DNA of 64,000 bases from Phycisphaerae bacterium (GCA_963675745.2 CAXXWX010000023.1:96001-160000), one strand, 5' to 3'; shown: positions 50,612-60,061, numbered from the stretch's first letter. A program made the numbers and translations. Notes: generated by a model from the letters alone, not told the origin.

Positions 50612-52663
50612 TTGGATATGCGCATAGCCGCCGCCGTAATAATCGTCGTCGTGAACCTGTTCGCGCTGATCTTCTTCTGGCCGAGTGGCGAAGGGGAAGA
50701 TGTGCGGCCACAGGCGGGGCGCGGCGATGGCAAAAAGGTGTTCATACTCGGGTGTGATGGGCTGGATGCCGAGCTCATCGAACGGATGCTGCGCGAGGGG
50801 CGCCTGCCGAACATGGCCAAGCTGGCCGCCAAGGGTGGATTTCGACCGCTCACGACCAGCATTCCGCCGCAAAGCCCCGTTGCCTGGTCGAACTTCATCA
50901 CGGGCGCCGGCCCCGGCGTACACGGCATCTTTGACTTCATTCACCGCGAGCCGGACAAGCAGTACGCCCCGTACTTCTCCACCAACTACTTCGCCCAAAA
51001 ACACAATTGGTGGATCACCAGGAAGCTGATTCCCGAAACGGTCGGCGGATATGTGCTGCGCGGCACCACACAGAACACGCTCATGCGCAAGGGTACGCCG
51101 TTCTGGGACTATCTCGACACGGCCGGCATCAAGGTCGACCTGTATCGCTTGCCGGCGAATTACCCCCCCAGCAAGTCGAAGTACGGCAACGTACGCTGCC
51201 TGCCGGGCATGGGTGTACCCGACGCGGTCGAGACCGGCACACAGGGAACCTACCAGCAGTTCACCACCAAACCGCGACGCGAGGTCGAACTGGGCGGCGG
51301 CAAGAAGTTCAAACTGCGGCGTGATCCAAAGACGCGCGCATATGTCGGCACGCTGCGCGGGCCGTCGAACATGTTGCTCGCCGACGCGCCCAACATGACG
51401 CTCGATTTCAGCGTGTACCGCGACCCCGAGCGCGACGCCGCGATCATAACCTATGAGAACAAGGGTATTGCCGGCACCGAAGAGGTGAGCATCCCGCTGA
51501 ACGTCGGGGAGTGGAGCGACTGGGTATATGTCGACTTTCCGCAAACCGGCCTGCGTGTTCCGGCGATGCGCACGATGGCGCGTTTCCTGCTACAGGGCGT
51601 GCGACCGCACGTGGACGTGTACGTCACGCCGCTGAACTTCGCGCCTGACGCGGCCCCGCCGGACTTCAGCGAGCCGTCCGACTTTGTCAAAGATATCGGC
51701 GAGGGGATCGGGCCTTTCTACACGCAGGGATTCGCTGAGGACTTCAAGGCCCGTGACCAGAACGTGTTGAGCGACGAGGAGTTTCGCCAGCAGGCCGAAC
51801 TCGTGCTTGACGAGCGAATGAAAATGCTGGACTTCGCGCTCGACAATTACGTGGACGGGCTGCTGTTCTTCTACTTTTCCAGTTCCGACTTGCAGGCGCA
51901 CATCTACTGGTGGGAATCAACCGATGAGCACCCGATCCGCTCATGGGAGGATGCGCAGCGCTTCAACCGCGTGGTCGAAGACGTCTACGTCAGGCTCGAC
52001 GAAGCGCTCGGCCACAGCCTGGAGCGGCTCGGCGAAGACCTCACCGTAATCGTCATGTCCGATCACGGATTCGGCAACTTCGGGCGCGGATTCGCGCTGA
52101 ACACGTGGCTGCGCGAGGAGGGCTACCTCGTCGCCGATCGCGGTCTCCTGTTCGACTGTGACTGGTCGCAGACGCGCGTATACGGCCTGGGCCTGAACGG
52201 GTTGTACCTGAACCTCAAGGGCCGTGAGCCCGAGGGCATCGTCGATCCGGCCGAAGCCGATGAGCTGCTTGACGAATTGTGCGACAAGCTGGTGGCCCTG
52301 CGTGACCCCGAGAACGGCCGACAGGTTATTCTCCGGTGTTACAAGACCAAGGACTGGTATCACGGCCCCGAGGCGGTCAACGCGCCCGACATCATTGTCG
52401 GATACGGCGCGGGGTATCGCTCGAGTTGGAATACGGCGTTGGGCGATTTCGACAAAAGCGTCGTGGTGCCGAATCACAGCGCCTGGAGCGCCGACCACTG
52501 CGTGGCGCGCGAGCTTGTGCCGGGCATCGTCATCGCCAACCGGCCGATCAATCGCGCTGACCCCGCCCTGATCGACCTGGCACCGACTATTCTCGGAGAG
52601 TTTGGGCTACCCACGCCCGAGACCATGACTGGACGCAACATTTTCGGGGCGCCGGAGGAGTGA
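50612..52663 (+). CDS. AlkP-superfamily phosphodiesterase with N-terminal signal anchor
   Basis: LGCDG, PPQSPVAWSNFITG, DLQAH, MSDHGF, WSADH; no LGY tail. Confidence 0.9.
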   Translation: MDMRIAAAVIIVVVNLFALIFFWPSGEGEDVRPQAGRGDGKKVFILGCDGLDAELIERMLREGRLPNMAKLAAKGGFRPLTTSIPPQSPVAWSNFITGAGPGVHGIFDFIHREPDKQYAPYFSTNYFAQKHNWWITRKLIPETVGGYVLRGTTQNTLMRKGTPFWDYLDTAGIKVDLYRLPANYPPSKSKYGNVRCLPGMGVPDAVETGTQGTYQQFTTKPRREVELGGGKKFKLRRDPKTRAYVGTLRGPSNMLLADAPNMTLDFSVYRDPERDAAIITYENKGIAGTEEVSIPLNVGEWSDWVYVDFPQTGLRVPAMRTMARFLLQGVRPHVDVYVTPLNFAPDAAPPDFSEPSDFVKDIGEGIGPFYTQGFAEDFKARDQNVLSDEEFRQQAELVLDERMKMLDFALDNYVDGLLFFYFSSSDLQAHIYWWESTDEHPIRSWEDAQRFNRVVEDVYVRLDEALGHSLERLGEDLTVIVMSDHGFGNFGRGFALNTWLREEGYLVADRGLLFDCDWSQTRVYGLGLNGLYLNLKGREPEGIVDPAEADELLDELCDKLVALRDPENGRQVILRCYKTKDWYHGPEAVNAPDIIVGYGAGYRSSWNTALGDFDKSVVVPNHSAWSADHCVARELVPGIVIANRPINRADPALIDLAPTILGEFGLPTPETMTGRNIFGAPEE

Positions 52664-52693
52664 CCGTTCGAGCGAGGTGGTTGATTGAGCAGC

Positions 52694-52743
52694 GTGGCTT
52701 GGGCGTCGCGCCCGAGGCGTCACAGGCGCGACGCCTGTGCCAC
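52694..52743. repeat. REP-like inverted doublet
   Basis: GTGGC-TTGGGCG tcg CGCCCGAG ... CACAGGCG cga CGCCTGTG-CCAC. Confidence 0.7.
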
Positions 52744-52786
52744 CGGTGTCCCACCGCCGCCCGCTTGTGTTATACAGGAGCACGCG

Positions 52787-52987
52787 ATGTTTGGCGGAAA
52801 CGTGAAGATTGACAAGCACCTGCTGGAGCGGGTCAAGAAGTACTCGAAGATCGCCGGCTATGGCACGCCCGATGAGTTTATCACGCATTGCCTCGAAAAG
52901 GAGCTCGAGCAGCTCGAAGCCGGCGAAGGTGGCGACGACGAACAGGCCATCATGGAACGTCTGCGCGGCCTGGGATACATTGAATAA
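52787..52987 (+). CDS. 66-aa RHH-like protein ending in LxxLGYxE
   Basis: AGGAG RBS; VKIDKHLLERVKKYSKIAGYGTPDEFITHCLEKEL is ribbon-helix-helix-like; tail DEQAIMERLRGLGYIE. Confidence 0.85.
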   Translation: MFGGNVKIDKHLLERVKKYSKIAGYGTPDEFITHCLEKELEQLEAGEGGDDEQAIMERLRGLGYIE

Positions 52988-53023
52988 TCCGGGCGCTACC
53001 CGGACGGAGCGATCAAGCAACCA

Positions 53024-53860
53024 ATGAACGTCGTCCTCGATGCGATCACGTTTTTGATGAACGGCATCGGCCGGGTGCTGTTTGTCACCGGCGGATTCCT
53101 CTCGCCCGCGCTCACGCTGCTGTTGATCTCGCAGGTGCTCGCGATCGGCATGCTGTATCTGTGGCGGTATACATCCAACCAGGACGCGATCGCCGCCGGT
53201 CGCCGAAAGATCTCCGCCTATCTGATGGCGACGTTGCTGTTCAAGGACAACCTGCGCGTCATGTTCCGCTCGCAACGGGTGATTCTGTGGGAGACGCTGA
53301 GAGTATTGGGGTACAGCGTTCCGCCCATGATTGTCATGCTGATCCCGTTTGCGTTAATCGTGGCGCAGATCGGGTTGCGCTACGAGTTTGACATGGCCCC
53401 CACCGGCCGGACCATTAACGTGCTGGCGCAGCTCAAATCACCCGATGGTCTCGACAAGGGTGGCGACCAGCTCAGCCTGCCCGACGGTGTGCGCAGCGCC
53501 CCGCTCGACCCGGTCCGCGCCGCGCCGATCGGCACGGTTACCTGGCGCCTCACCGCCGACAATCCGGGGGTCTACACGCTCAAATTCGGAGACGGGGACG
53601 ATGTTGTCGAGATGCCGCTGGCGGTCGGCGATGGGTTCCAACGCATCAGCGCCGTGCGGGGCGGTGGCGTTCTCACGCGGCTGATGTACTCGGCGTTGCC
53701 ATCCATACCGGCCGACTCGGTCTTCAAAGAGATCCGCATCGACTATCCGAAACGCTCGACATCTCTGTTCGGGTTTGACTGGCACTGGCTGATCTGGGTG
53801 CTGGTGCTATCGATCGTCTTCGGCTTTTTGTGGAAACCGGTGCTGAACGTGCAGATCTGA
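53024..53860 (+). CDS. DUF106/EMC3/TMCO1-like (Oxa1 superfamily) membrane protein with extracytoplasmic beta domain
   Basis: Amphipathic N-helix, TM1, basic coiled coil, TM2 (PPMIVMLIP), beta-rich insert, C-terminal HWLIWVLVLSIVFGFLWKPVL. Confidence 0.65.
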   Translation: MNVVLDAITFLMNGIGRVLFVTGGFLSPALTLLLISQVLAIGMLYLWRYTSNQDAIAAGRRKISAYLMATLLFKDNLRVMFRSQRVILWETLRVLGYSVPPMIVMLIPFALIVAQIGLRYEFDMAPTGRTINVLAQLKSPDGLDKGGDQLSLPDGVRSAPLDPVRAAPIGTVTWRLTADNPGVYTLKFGDGDDVVEMPLAVGDGFQRISAVRGGGVLTRLMYSALPSIPADSVFKEIRIDYPKRSTSLFGFDWHWLIWVLVLSIVFGFLWKPVLNVQI

Positions 53861-53878
53861 TCCGCCGACGCAAGCTGA

Positions 53879-54535
53879 TTACGACCCGATCGGCGGCTCG
53901 TCGTCCGTCCGGTCGTCCCCATTCACGATTACGTCAAGTGCCACGCGCACCGCTTCAATCTGGAGCGACAACCCCATCGACGCCCGCGGCGACGCATCAT
54001 TGACCATCTGCACCGGCAGCGATGGTAGATGGATAAAGCCGACGCGCGTGTTGCCGGCGCGCGTCGCGGCCCAGTGCAACGCGCGATAGAAAACCAGGTT
54101 GCACAGATGGCTCCCGGCGCTGAGCGAGCGAATGCACGGGATGCCGCGCTGGCGAATGGCCCGCTGAATACGACCTACCGGCAGCGTGGTCCAGTAGGCG
54201 GCGGGGCCGTCGGACGCGATCGGCTGATCGGTGGCGACCTCGCCGGCGTTGTCAGGCGTCTCGAAATCGACCAGGTTCGCCGCGAGCCGTTCGATGCGGA
54301 CGGCGGCCGCCCCGCGCGCTTCGCCCAGCGCCAGCACAACATCCGGCTGCACGGCCTCCAGCAGCTCACCCAACACCCGCGGCGCCGCGCCAACCACAAC
54401 CGGGAGCACACGCGCGTGCAGTCGGAAACCGGCGGGGGGCTCGCGGTCAATGGCCCCCACAACGTGCGCGGACGGATTCTCCGGCGATTCGGCGAACGCC
54501 TCGAATCCGGTCAACAGCACAGTCAAATCAGCCAT
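53879..54535 (-). CDS. pcp: Pyroglutamyl-peptidase I
   Basis: LLTGFEAF, NPS, LPV, ERLAAN, SAGSHLCN, GFIHLP. Confidence 0.92.
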   Translation of the reverse strand: MADLTVLLTGFEAFAESPENPSAHVVGAIDREPPAGFRLHARVLPVVVGAAPRVLGELLEAVQPDVVLALGEARGAAAVRIERLAANLVDFETPDNAGEVATDQPIASDGPAAYWTTLPVGRIQRAIRQRGIPCIRSLSAGSHLCNLVFYRALHWAATRAGNTRVGFIHLPSLPVQMVNDASPRASMGLSLQIEAVRVALDVIVNGDDRTDDEPPIGS

Positions 54536-54620
54536 CGTCTATTGGCCCTGCCATCTGCCGTAGGTCCACTCCCCGCGGGGCACCCGGCCCGGCGGGGGAA
54601 TTAGTGATCCGGACATTCGC

Positions 54621-55223
54621 CTACAGCTTGTGGAGCAGCCGAAGAGCCTCTTCGCGCGTGCTCATGTTCTTTTGCATCAAACCACGCAGGGCCGACGTCA
54701 CCATCACCGAGCCCGATTTGCGCACGCCGCGGCAGGTCATGCACGTATGCACCGCTTCGAGCACGACAGCGCAGCCCCTGACCTTCAGGCGTTTGGCCAG
54801 CAGGTCGGCGATCTGTGACGTGAGGCGTTCCTGCACCTGCGGCCGGCGGGCGAAATCCTCGACCACGCGCGCGAGTTTCGACAGGCCCAGCACCTTGCCG
54901 CCGGGAATGTAGGCCAGGTGGGCTTTGCCCTCGAACGGCAAAAGATGATGCTCGCACATGCTGTTGAAGGGCACGTCGCGCAGTGCGACCATCTCGTGAT
55001 GATCCTCGTCAAACGAGGTCATCAGGTGTCGCTCGGGGTCCAGGTGCAATCCGGCAAAGAGCTCAGCATACGCGCGGGCCACGCGCGCCGGCGTCTCCCG
55101 CAGGCCCTCACGCTCGGGATCCTCACCGACCGCGATCAGGATCTCGCGCACCGCACGCTCGATCCGCGGCAAGTCCATGTGGGGCTCAGATTGTCCAGCT
55201 TCTTCCGGCATTTGCACACCCAA
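54621..55223 (-). CDS. folE: GTP cyclohydrolase I
   Basis: [50 protein letters not shown]. Confidence 0.97.
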   Translation of the reverse strand: MGVQMPEEAGQSEPHMDLPRIERAVREILIAVGEDPEREGLRETPARVARAYAELFAGLHLDPERHLMTSFDEDHHEMVALRDVPFNSMCEHHLLPFEGKAHLAYIPGGKVLGLSKLARVVEDFARRPQVQERLTSQIADLLAKRLKVRGCAVVLEAVHTCMTCRGVRKSGSVMVTSALRGLMQKNMSTREEALRLLHKL

Positions 55224-55304
55224 TCAGTCGCAGCCCACGTGGACATCAGCAGGCAAGCCCTGGCGCTACGAACGATAACCGTCACGGTCGCTTCTGATGC
55301 GGCG

Positions 55305-56825
55305 TTAGCGCACCGACTGTCGCCGCAGATACTCCACCAGCAGGCGCACGCCGAAACCGCTGGCCACCTTGCCGCCGTTGGTATCGTCGGACGCGACGGC
55401 GGCGATGTCCAGATGAGCCCACGGCATGCTGTTGTTGACGAATTGCTTGAGGAAGATACCGCCCTGGATGCAATGCGCGTCGCGCTTTGACGAAGAATTG
55501 ACCAGGTCCGAATCGGTGCCCACCATCAGCTCTTTGTAATCGTCCCACAGCGGCAGTCGCCAGAGGCGCTCGTGCGTCACGCGTCCACACTCGCCCAGCA
55601 TCGCGGAGAGCTCGTCATCATTACTCATGAGGCCGGCGGCACACTTGCCCAGGGCAATGCCAACGCCGCCGGTAAGGGTGGCAATATCGATCAGTGCCGT
55701 GGGTTTGCAGTATTTCTGGGCATACCAGAGAGCGTCGGCGAGCACGAGCCGGCCCTCAGCGTCGGTGTTGGTGACTTCAACGGTCTTGCCGTTGGCCATG
55801 TGGATGATGTCACCGGCACGGTATGCGCGGTCCGAGACCATGTTCTCCGCCGCCGCCACGAGGCCGATCAGATTGCACTTGAGCTTGAGTGTCGCCGCCG
55901 CCATGAGCACACCCATGACCGTGCAGCCGCCCGTCTTGTCGTACTTGAGGCCGGCGAGACCTTGCGACGGTTTGATCGAGTAGCCGCCGGTGTCGAACGT
56001 GATGGCCTTGCCGACCAGCACCGCGGTCTTGCGTGTACCGCGTGTCCCCCGATACTCCAGCCGGATCAGTCGCGGCGCGTGTTGAGCCCCCTGCCCGACG
56101 GCGATAAGCCCGCCCATGCGCATCTGCCGCAGGCGCTGACCTTCCACCACGGTGCATTTGAGTTTGTGCCTTGCGGCCAGGCGGCGCGCCTCGGTCGCGA
56201 GCGTGTTGGGTTGGATGATGTTGCCGGGTTGCTGAGACAGGGCCCGCGTGTAGTTGACCGCATCGGAGAGCTTGAGCGCCGCCTGCACACGAGGCATCAC
56301 GCGCGTAACATCCGCGGCCTTGCGCGCCCTGACGACGACGCGGACTTTCCTGGGTTTCTTCTCGTCGGGCTGTTTGTGCTCGTCGAAACGGTAGCCGGCG
56401 GCGGACATGCCGAGCACCCAGGCGCCCTCCGCATCCTCCACGCCACACGATACCAGGCCGTCGATCCACACATCCGCCGATGAAAGCCCCTCATTGACAA
56501 GCCATTGCGCGGCGCTGGCGGCGGCTTTGCGGACCTGGCGGGCGTCGAGCTGATCGCTGTCACCAAGGCTGACGGCAAGCAGGCGGCGGTATGACCCGCG
56601 ACAGGAGGAATGCGCCAAGTGGCCGACGTCTTCGTGCAGCGCCCCCACGTCCACCAGCCCGGACAGTGCGTCGTCGCACAGCGCATCAACGCGCGACATC
56701 AGCTCCATGGGCGGTTGAGGCTTGGCCGCCAGTGGCACAATCAGCACGGCGCCTGTTTTGGTGCCCTTGGTTCCCGCGGCAAAATCGAAAGCTGTTCCGT
56801 TGTGTGCCATATTGTCGCATCCCAC
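55305..56825 (-). CDS. pepA: M17 leucyl aminopeptidase
   Basis: VGKAITFDTGG, KYDK, NTDAEGRLVLAD, ATLTG, WRLPL, WAHLDIA. Confidence 0.93.
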   Translation of the reverse strand: MGCDNMAHNGTAFDFAAGTKGTKTGAVLIVPLAAKPQPPMELMSRVDALCDDALSGLVDVGALHEDVGHLAHSSCRGSYRRLLAVSLGDSDQLDARQVRKAAASAAQWLVNEGLSSADVWIDGLVSCGVEDAEGAWVLGMSAAGYRFDEHKQPDEKKPRKVRVVVRARKAADVTRVMPRVQAALKLSDAVNYTRALSQQPGNIIQPNTLATEARRLAARHKLKCTVVEGQRLRQMRMGGLIAVGQGAQHAPRLIRLEYRGTRGTRKTAVLVGKAITFDTGGYSIKPSQGLAGLKYDKTGGCTVMGVLMAAATLKLKCNLIGLVAAAENMVSDRAYRAGDIIHMANGKTVEVTNTDAEGRLVLADALWYAQKYCKPTALIDIATLTGGVGIALGKCAAGLMSNDDELSAMLGECGRVTHERLWRLPLWDDYKELMVGTDSDLVNSSSKRDAHCIQGGIFLKQFVNNSMPWAHLDIAAVASDDTNGGKVASGFGVRLLVEYLRRQSVR

Positions 56826-56939
56826 ACACAGACCTCCCCCATCCGAGCGCGCAGCGTATCATGAGCGCGCGAACTGTGGAAGCCTCGGCGTGGCACGTTC
56901 ACGAATACGTTGTGACTGAGGGACATGGGCGTCGCGGCT

Positions 56940-57584
56940 TCAGAAGACCTCGGCGGGATCGTCAATCACGCGATCCGCGCCCGCGGCGGCCAGCTCGGCG
57001 CGCGTACGAAATCCCCAGGTCACTCCCAGGGAGAGTGCCCCCGCACGGTGAGCCGTCTCCACGTCCGTCGGCGTGTCGCCAATCATCCAGGTTTCGGCCG
57101 GCGTGACGGCCAGCTCCTCGCAGATGCGCAGCAGATAGTACGGGTCGGGTTTGCGATGCGGCTCGGAGATATAGCCATAGACTTGTGCAAACACGCCGTC
57201 AGGCCAGAAACGCCTGACGACGCGGCGTGTCATCTCGTCTGGTTTATTGGAGAGGACGGCGAGCTTGATTTTGCCGGCGCGTAGTCGTCCGATAAGCTCG
57301 TTGACGCCATCATATGGCTTGGTATGTCGCAGTGGCCGCACCCGGTATCGCGCACGGGCCAATTCCGCCAGCCTGCCCACCAGATGTGGATGCGTTTTGC
57401 CGACCGCGCGCGTCGCCAGCTTCGGTATACCCTCACCCACCATGTATCGATAGCGCTCGACCGGATAGGTGGGCAGGCCCAGCAACTCGAGACACTCGTT
57501 GAGCGCCTCGGCGATATCGCGGAGTGAATCCACGAGTGTCCCGTCGAGATCGAAGACGCAAGCCTTCGGAAGTGCTGTCTGCAT
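56940..57584 (-). CDS. HAD-family hydrolase (phosphoglycolate phosphatase-like)
   Basis: FDLDGTLVDS, VLSNKP, KPDP, IGDTPTD, GVTWGFR. Confidence 0.9.
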   Translation of the reverse strand: MQTALPKACVFDLDGTLVDSLRDIAEALNECLELLGLPTYPVERYRYMVGEGIPKLATRAVGKTHPHLVGRLAELARARYRVRPLRHTKPYDGVNELIGRLRAGKIKLAVLSNKPDEMTRRVVRRFWPDGVFAQVYGYISEPHRKPDPYYLLRICEELAVTPAETWMIGDTPTDVETAHRAGALSLGVTWGFRTRAELAAAGADRVIDDPAEVF

Positions 57585-57713
57585 GAGGGGTTCCGGTCGT
57601 GGGTGTCGCGTGGGCCGTCGCAACTCACTGGACGGCGACCGGTATAATAGCGATGATACAAACGGGGAACAATGTGGGCCCGCCCTGCCATCAGCGCGTG
57701 GGAGACTGTTCAA

Positions 57714-58958
57714 ATGAGATTACGTATCGCGACGCTGATCGTCGCCGCTGTCGCATGCAGCCTGCCTGCCGCGGCGCAACCCGAGGAGCTGGATCAGCCC
57801 CGCCGCAGCCGTTCGTTCTCCAGCATGCTGAACACGGACTTGCTGATTGACAACTACTCGCGCCTGCTGGCGCGCAAATACAAGTTGACCGACGATCAGG
57901 AAGCCTACACGAACGAGTTCGTGCGCGTGAAGGCGCATGAGTTCCTCGACAACCACCGTGACGAAGTATTCGACCTGGTCGACCGCATGTTCGAGGTGCG
58001 CGCGGGCGGGGACATGGATCAGACGGAGCTGCTCGAATGGGGCCGGCGCGCGTTGCCGCTCTACAACGAGGCCAAGCTGCTGATCATCGACGGCAACCAG
58101 GAATGGCGTGAGATTCTCGATGATGAGCAGAAGCTGATCCACGACGAGGACCTCAAGTTAATGCACGAAGGCTTCCAGATGAGCGAGGCGCATCTGGAGC
58201 GCGTCGTCACCGGCGAAATGACCGTGGAGGAATTCCGGCAACCACTGCGTATTCAGCCGCGCCAATCGAACACAACAGCGCGGCGGAGTGATGATGGTTG
58301 GCAAGGGGACCGGCACGAAGCCCTGCCGCCCCCGCCACCGGCGATAACCACACCCAAGGCGGCCACCGGCGGTACACAACCGCGTGTCGCGCCGCGACAA
58401 CCGGATGTCAAGAACGACACCGGCCGGGCCGCGCGGCCCACTCCCCGGCCGCCGGCCATGGCTCACCGCGTACCGGACCCGGGGCGCACGCCGTCCGAGC
58501 CACCGCCTGACCAGGGTCGGCGCACCGTTCCCACGCCGGCCGGCAGGCAGAACGCCGACTCGTACGAAAGCGATTGGGACAAGTACGTTGCGGTGTTCAT
58601 CGAGCGTTATGAGCTCAATGAGGGGCAGGCGCAGAAAGCCCACACGATTCTGAAAAGCTGCAAGGAGCAAGCCGCCCAGGTTATGCGCCGCAACCGCGGC
58701 AAGATCGAACAGTACGACAAGCAGATTGACGACCTGAAGAAGTCAGCGGACAAGAACGACAAGCAGAAACTGGCCAAGCTCACCGAACAGCGTGACAAAC
58801 TGCTCCAGCCGCTCAACCAGATCTTCGACAAACGCCTCAAGCCGCACCTGGAGAAGCTGCCTACCAGGGCCCAGCGCGAGGCGGCCGAGGCCAACGCCAA
58901 GAAGCCCAGGAGCAAACCCAAACCCGACGGTCGCGGCGGCGGAAACGCCGGCCCGTAG
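57714..58958 (+). CDS. Secreted helical protein with two LTxxQ-type (Spy/CpxP-like) domains joined by a Pro-rich linker
   Basis: Signal peptide; YKLTDDQ...ILDDEQK; YELNEGQ...LPTRAQR; GGAG RBS. Confidence 0.6.
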   Translation: MRLRIATLIVAAVACSLPAAAQPEELDQPRRSRSFSSMLNTDLLIDNYSRLLARKYKLTDDQEAYTNEFVRVKAHEFLDNHRDEVFDLVDRMFEVRAGGDMDQTELLEWGRRALPLYNEAKLLIIDGNQEWREILDDEQKLIHDEDLKLMHEGFQMSEAHLERVVTGEMTVEEFRQPLRIQPRQSNTTARRSDDGWQGDRHEALPPPPPAITTPKAATGGTQPRVAPRQPDVKNDTGRAARPTPRPPAMAHRVPDPGRTPSEPPPDQGRRTVPTPAGRQNADSYESDWDKYVAVFIERYELNEGQAQKAHTILKSCKEQAAQVMRRNRGKIEQYDKQIDDLKKSADKNDKQKLAKLTEQRDKLLQPLNQIFDKRLKPHLEKLPTRAQREAAEANAKKPRSKPKPDGRGGGNAGP

Positions 58959-59101
58959 CGCGGAGTCTCACAGCTCTTACAACTCATTCGCCGCCATCGC
59001 GACCGCGCGTGAGGCCACGCGCGAATCGCCCTGGCTCCGTCGCACAGGCGCGTTTCATCCTGACGGTTGGGGAACCAATAACATTATCGACTCCGACGCG
59101 G

Positions 59102-59166
59102 TGTGCCACGGCTCTGTGAGCCGTGAGGTTCGCGTCGAAACTGCACTGCTCAAGAGTGGTGGCACA
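59102..59166. repeat. REP-like inverted doublet
   Basis: TGTGCCACGGCTC tgt GAGCCGTG ... CACTGCTC aa GAGTGGTGGCACA. Confidence 0.65.
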
Positions 59167-59355
59167 TCGAGAGTTGCAGACGGGGGGGGGACAGCCCCGG
59201 CCCCCGACTCACGCCGGGAGATTCCGCCGACTCGGCGCGAGTCGGTGGGACTTTTGAAAACCCACTTGATATCGGGCTCTGCCCGGTCCTAGGAAATACT
59301 GGAGCAAGGGGGCCAACGGAGCCGGTCCGCACTTGGGCCGTCAGGGAGACAAGCT

Positions 59356-60033
59356 ATGTTGAAATTGGGCGTGCTGGCGCTGGTGCTGGCCATGTCGAGC
59401 GCGGCCTCGGCGGTCGTGGTTGACGACTTCACGGACGGCGGCATCAGCCTGACCGCCATCGATCTTATCGGACAAACGGAGAGTCAGGTGGGGCTCGACC
59501 CTAACACGGTCCTCGGCGGCGGACGCGACATCTACGTCGGCGCGACCGCCGGCGCCACTGTCGGCACACAGTTGGTCATCGACGATGTCGCCGGCGAACT
59601 CAGTCTGACGTCTGACCCGGTCCAGCGCGGCTACATGACACTCGAGTACATTGTCGCCGACGCTCAGGGACTCGATCTCACGGCGGAAGCCGGCAACGAC
59701 CGCATCAGTCTCGACGTCGTGAACGTGACGCAGGGCATTTCCAGCGGCGTTTTCGACCTGAAGATCGAAAGCGGCCCGTTGGGAAACACGGTGTCCGAAT
59801 CGACCAGCTTCGGCCCCGGTCGGCTCTGGGATCTGCCGGGCAGCGGCGTGGTGGACGTGCCGTACGCGGATTTCACGTCAACGGACTTTACGCAGGTGCG
59901 GGCGATCTCGATCGACATCGCGCGCTTCCCCGCCGACGCCAACCTGACGCTCGGCGGCATCGCGACGACGCCGGAGCCGGCTTCGATCATGGCGCTGCTG
60001 GTGCTGACCGCGCTGGCCCGCCGCCGCCGTTAG
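59356..60033 (+). CDS. PEP-CTERM secreted protein
   Basis: Signal peptide, VVDDF...VLGGGRDI; TPEPASIMALLVLTALARRRR. Confidence 0.88.
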   Translation: MLKLGVLALVLAMSSAASAVVVDDFTDGGISLTAIDLIGQTESQVGLDPNTVLGGGRDIYVGATAGATVGTQLVIDDVAGELSLTSDPVQRGYMTLEYIVADAQGLDLTAEAGNDRISLDVVNVTQGISSGVFDLKIESGPLGNTVSESTSFGPGRLWDLPGSGVVDVPYADFTSTDFTQVRAISIDIARFPADANLTLGGIATTPEPASIMALLVLTALARRRR

Positions 60034-60061
60034 ACTCGCCCCGAGATCACTCAGCCAATAG

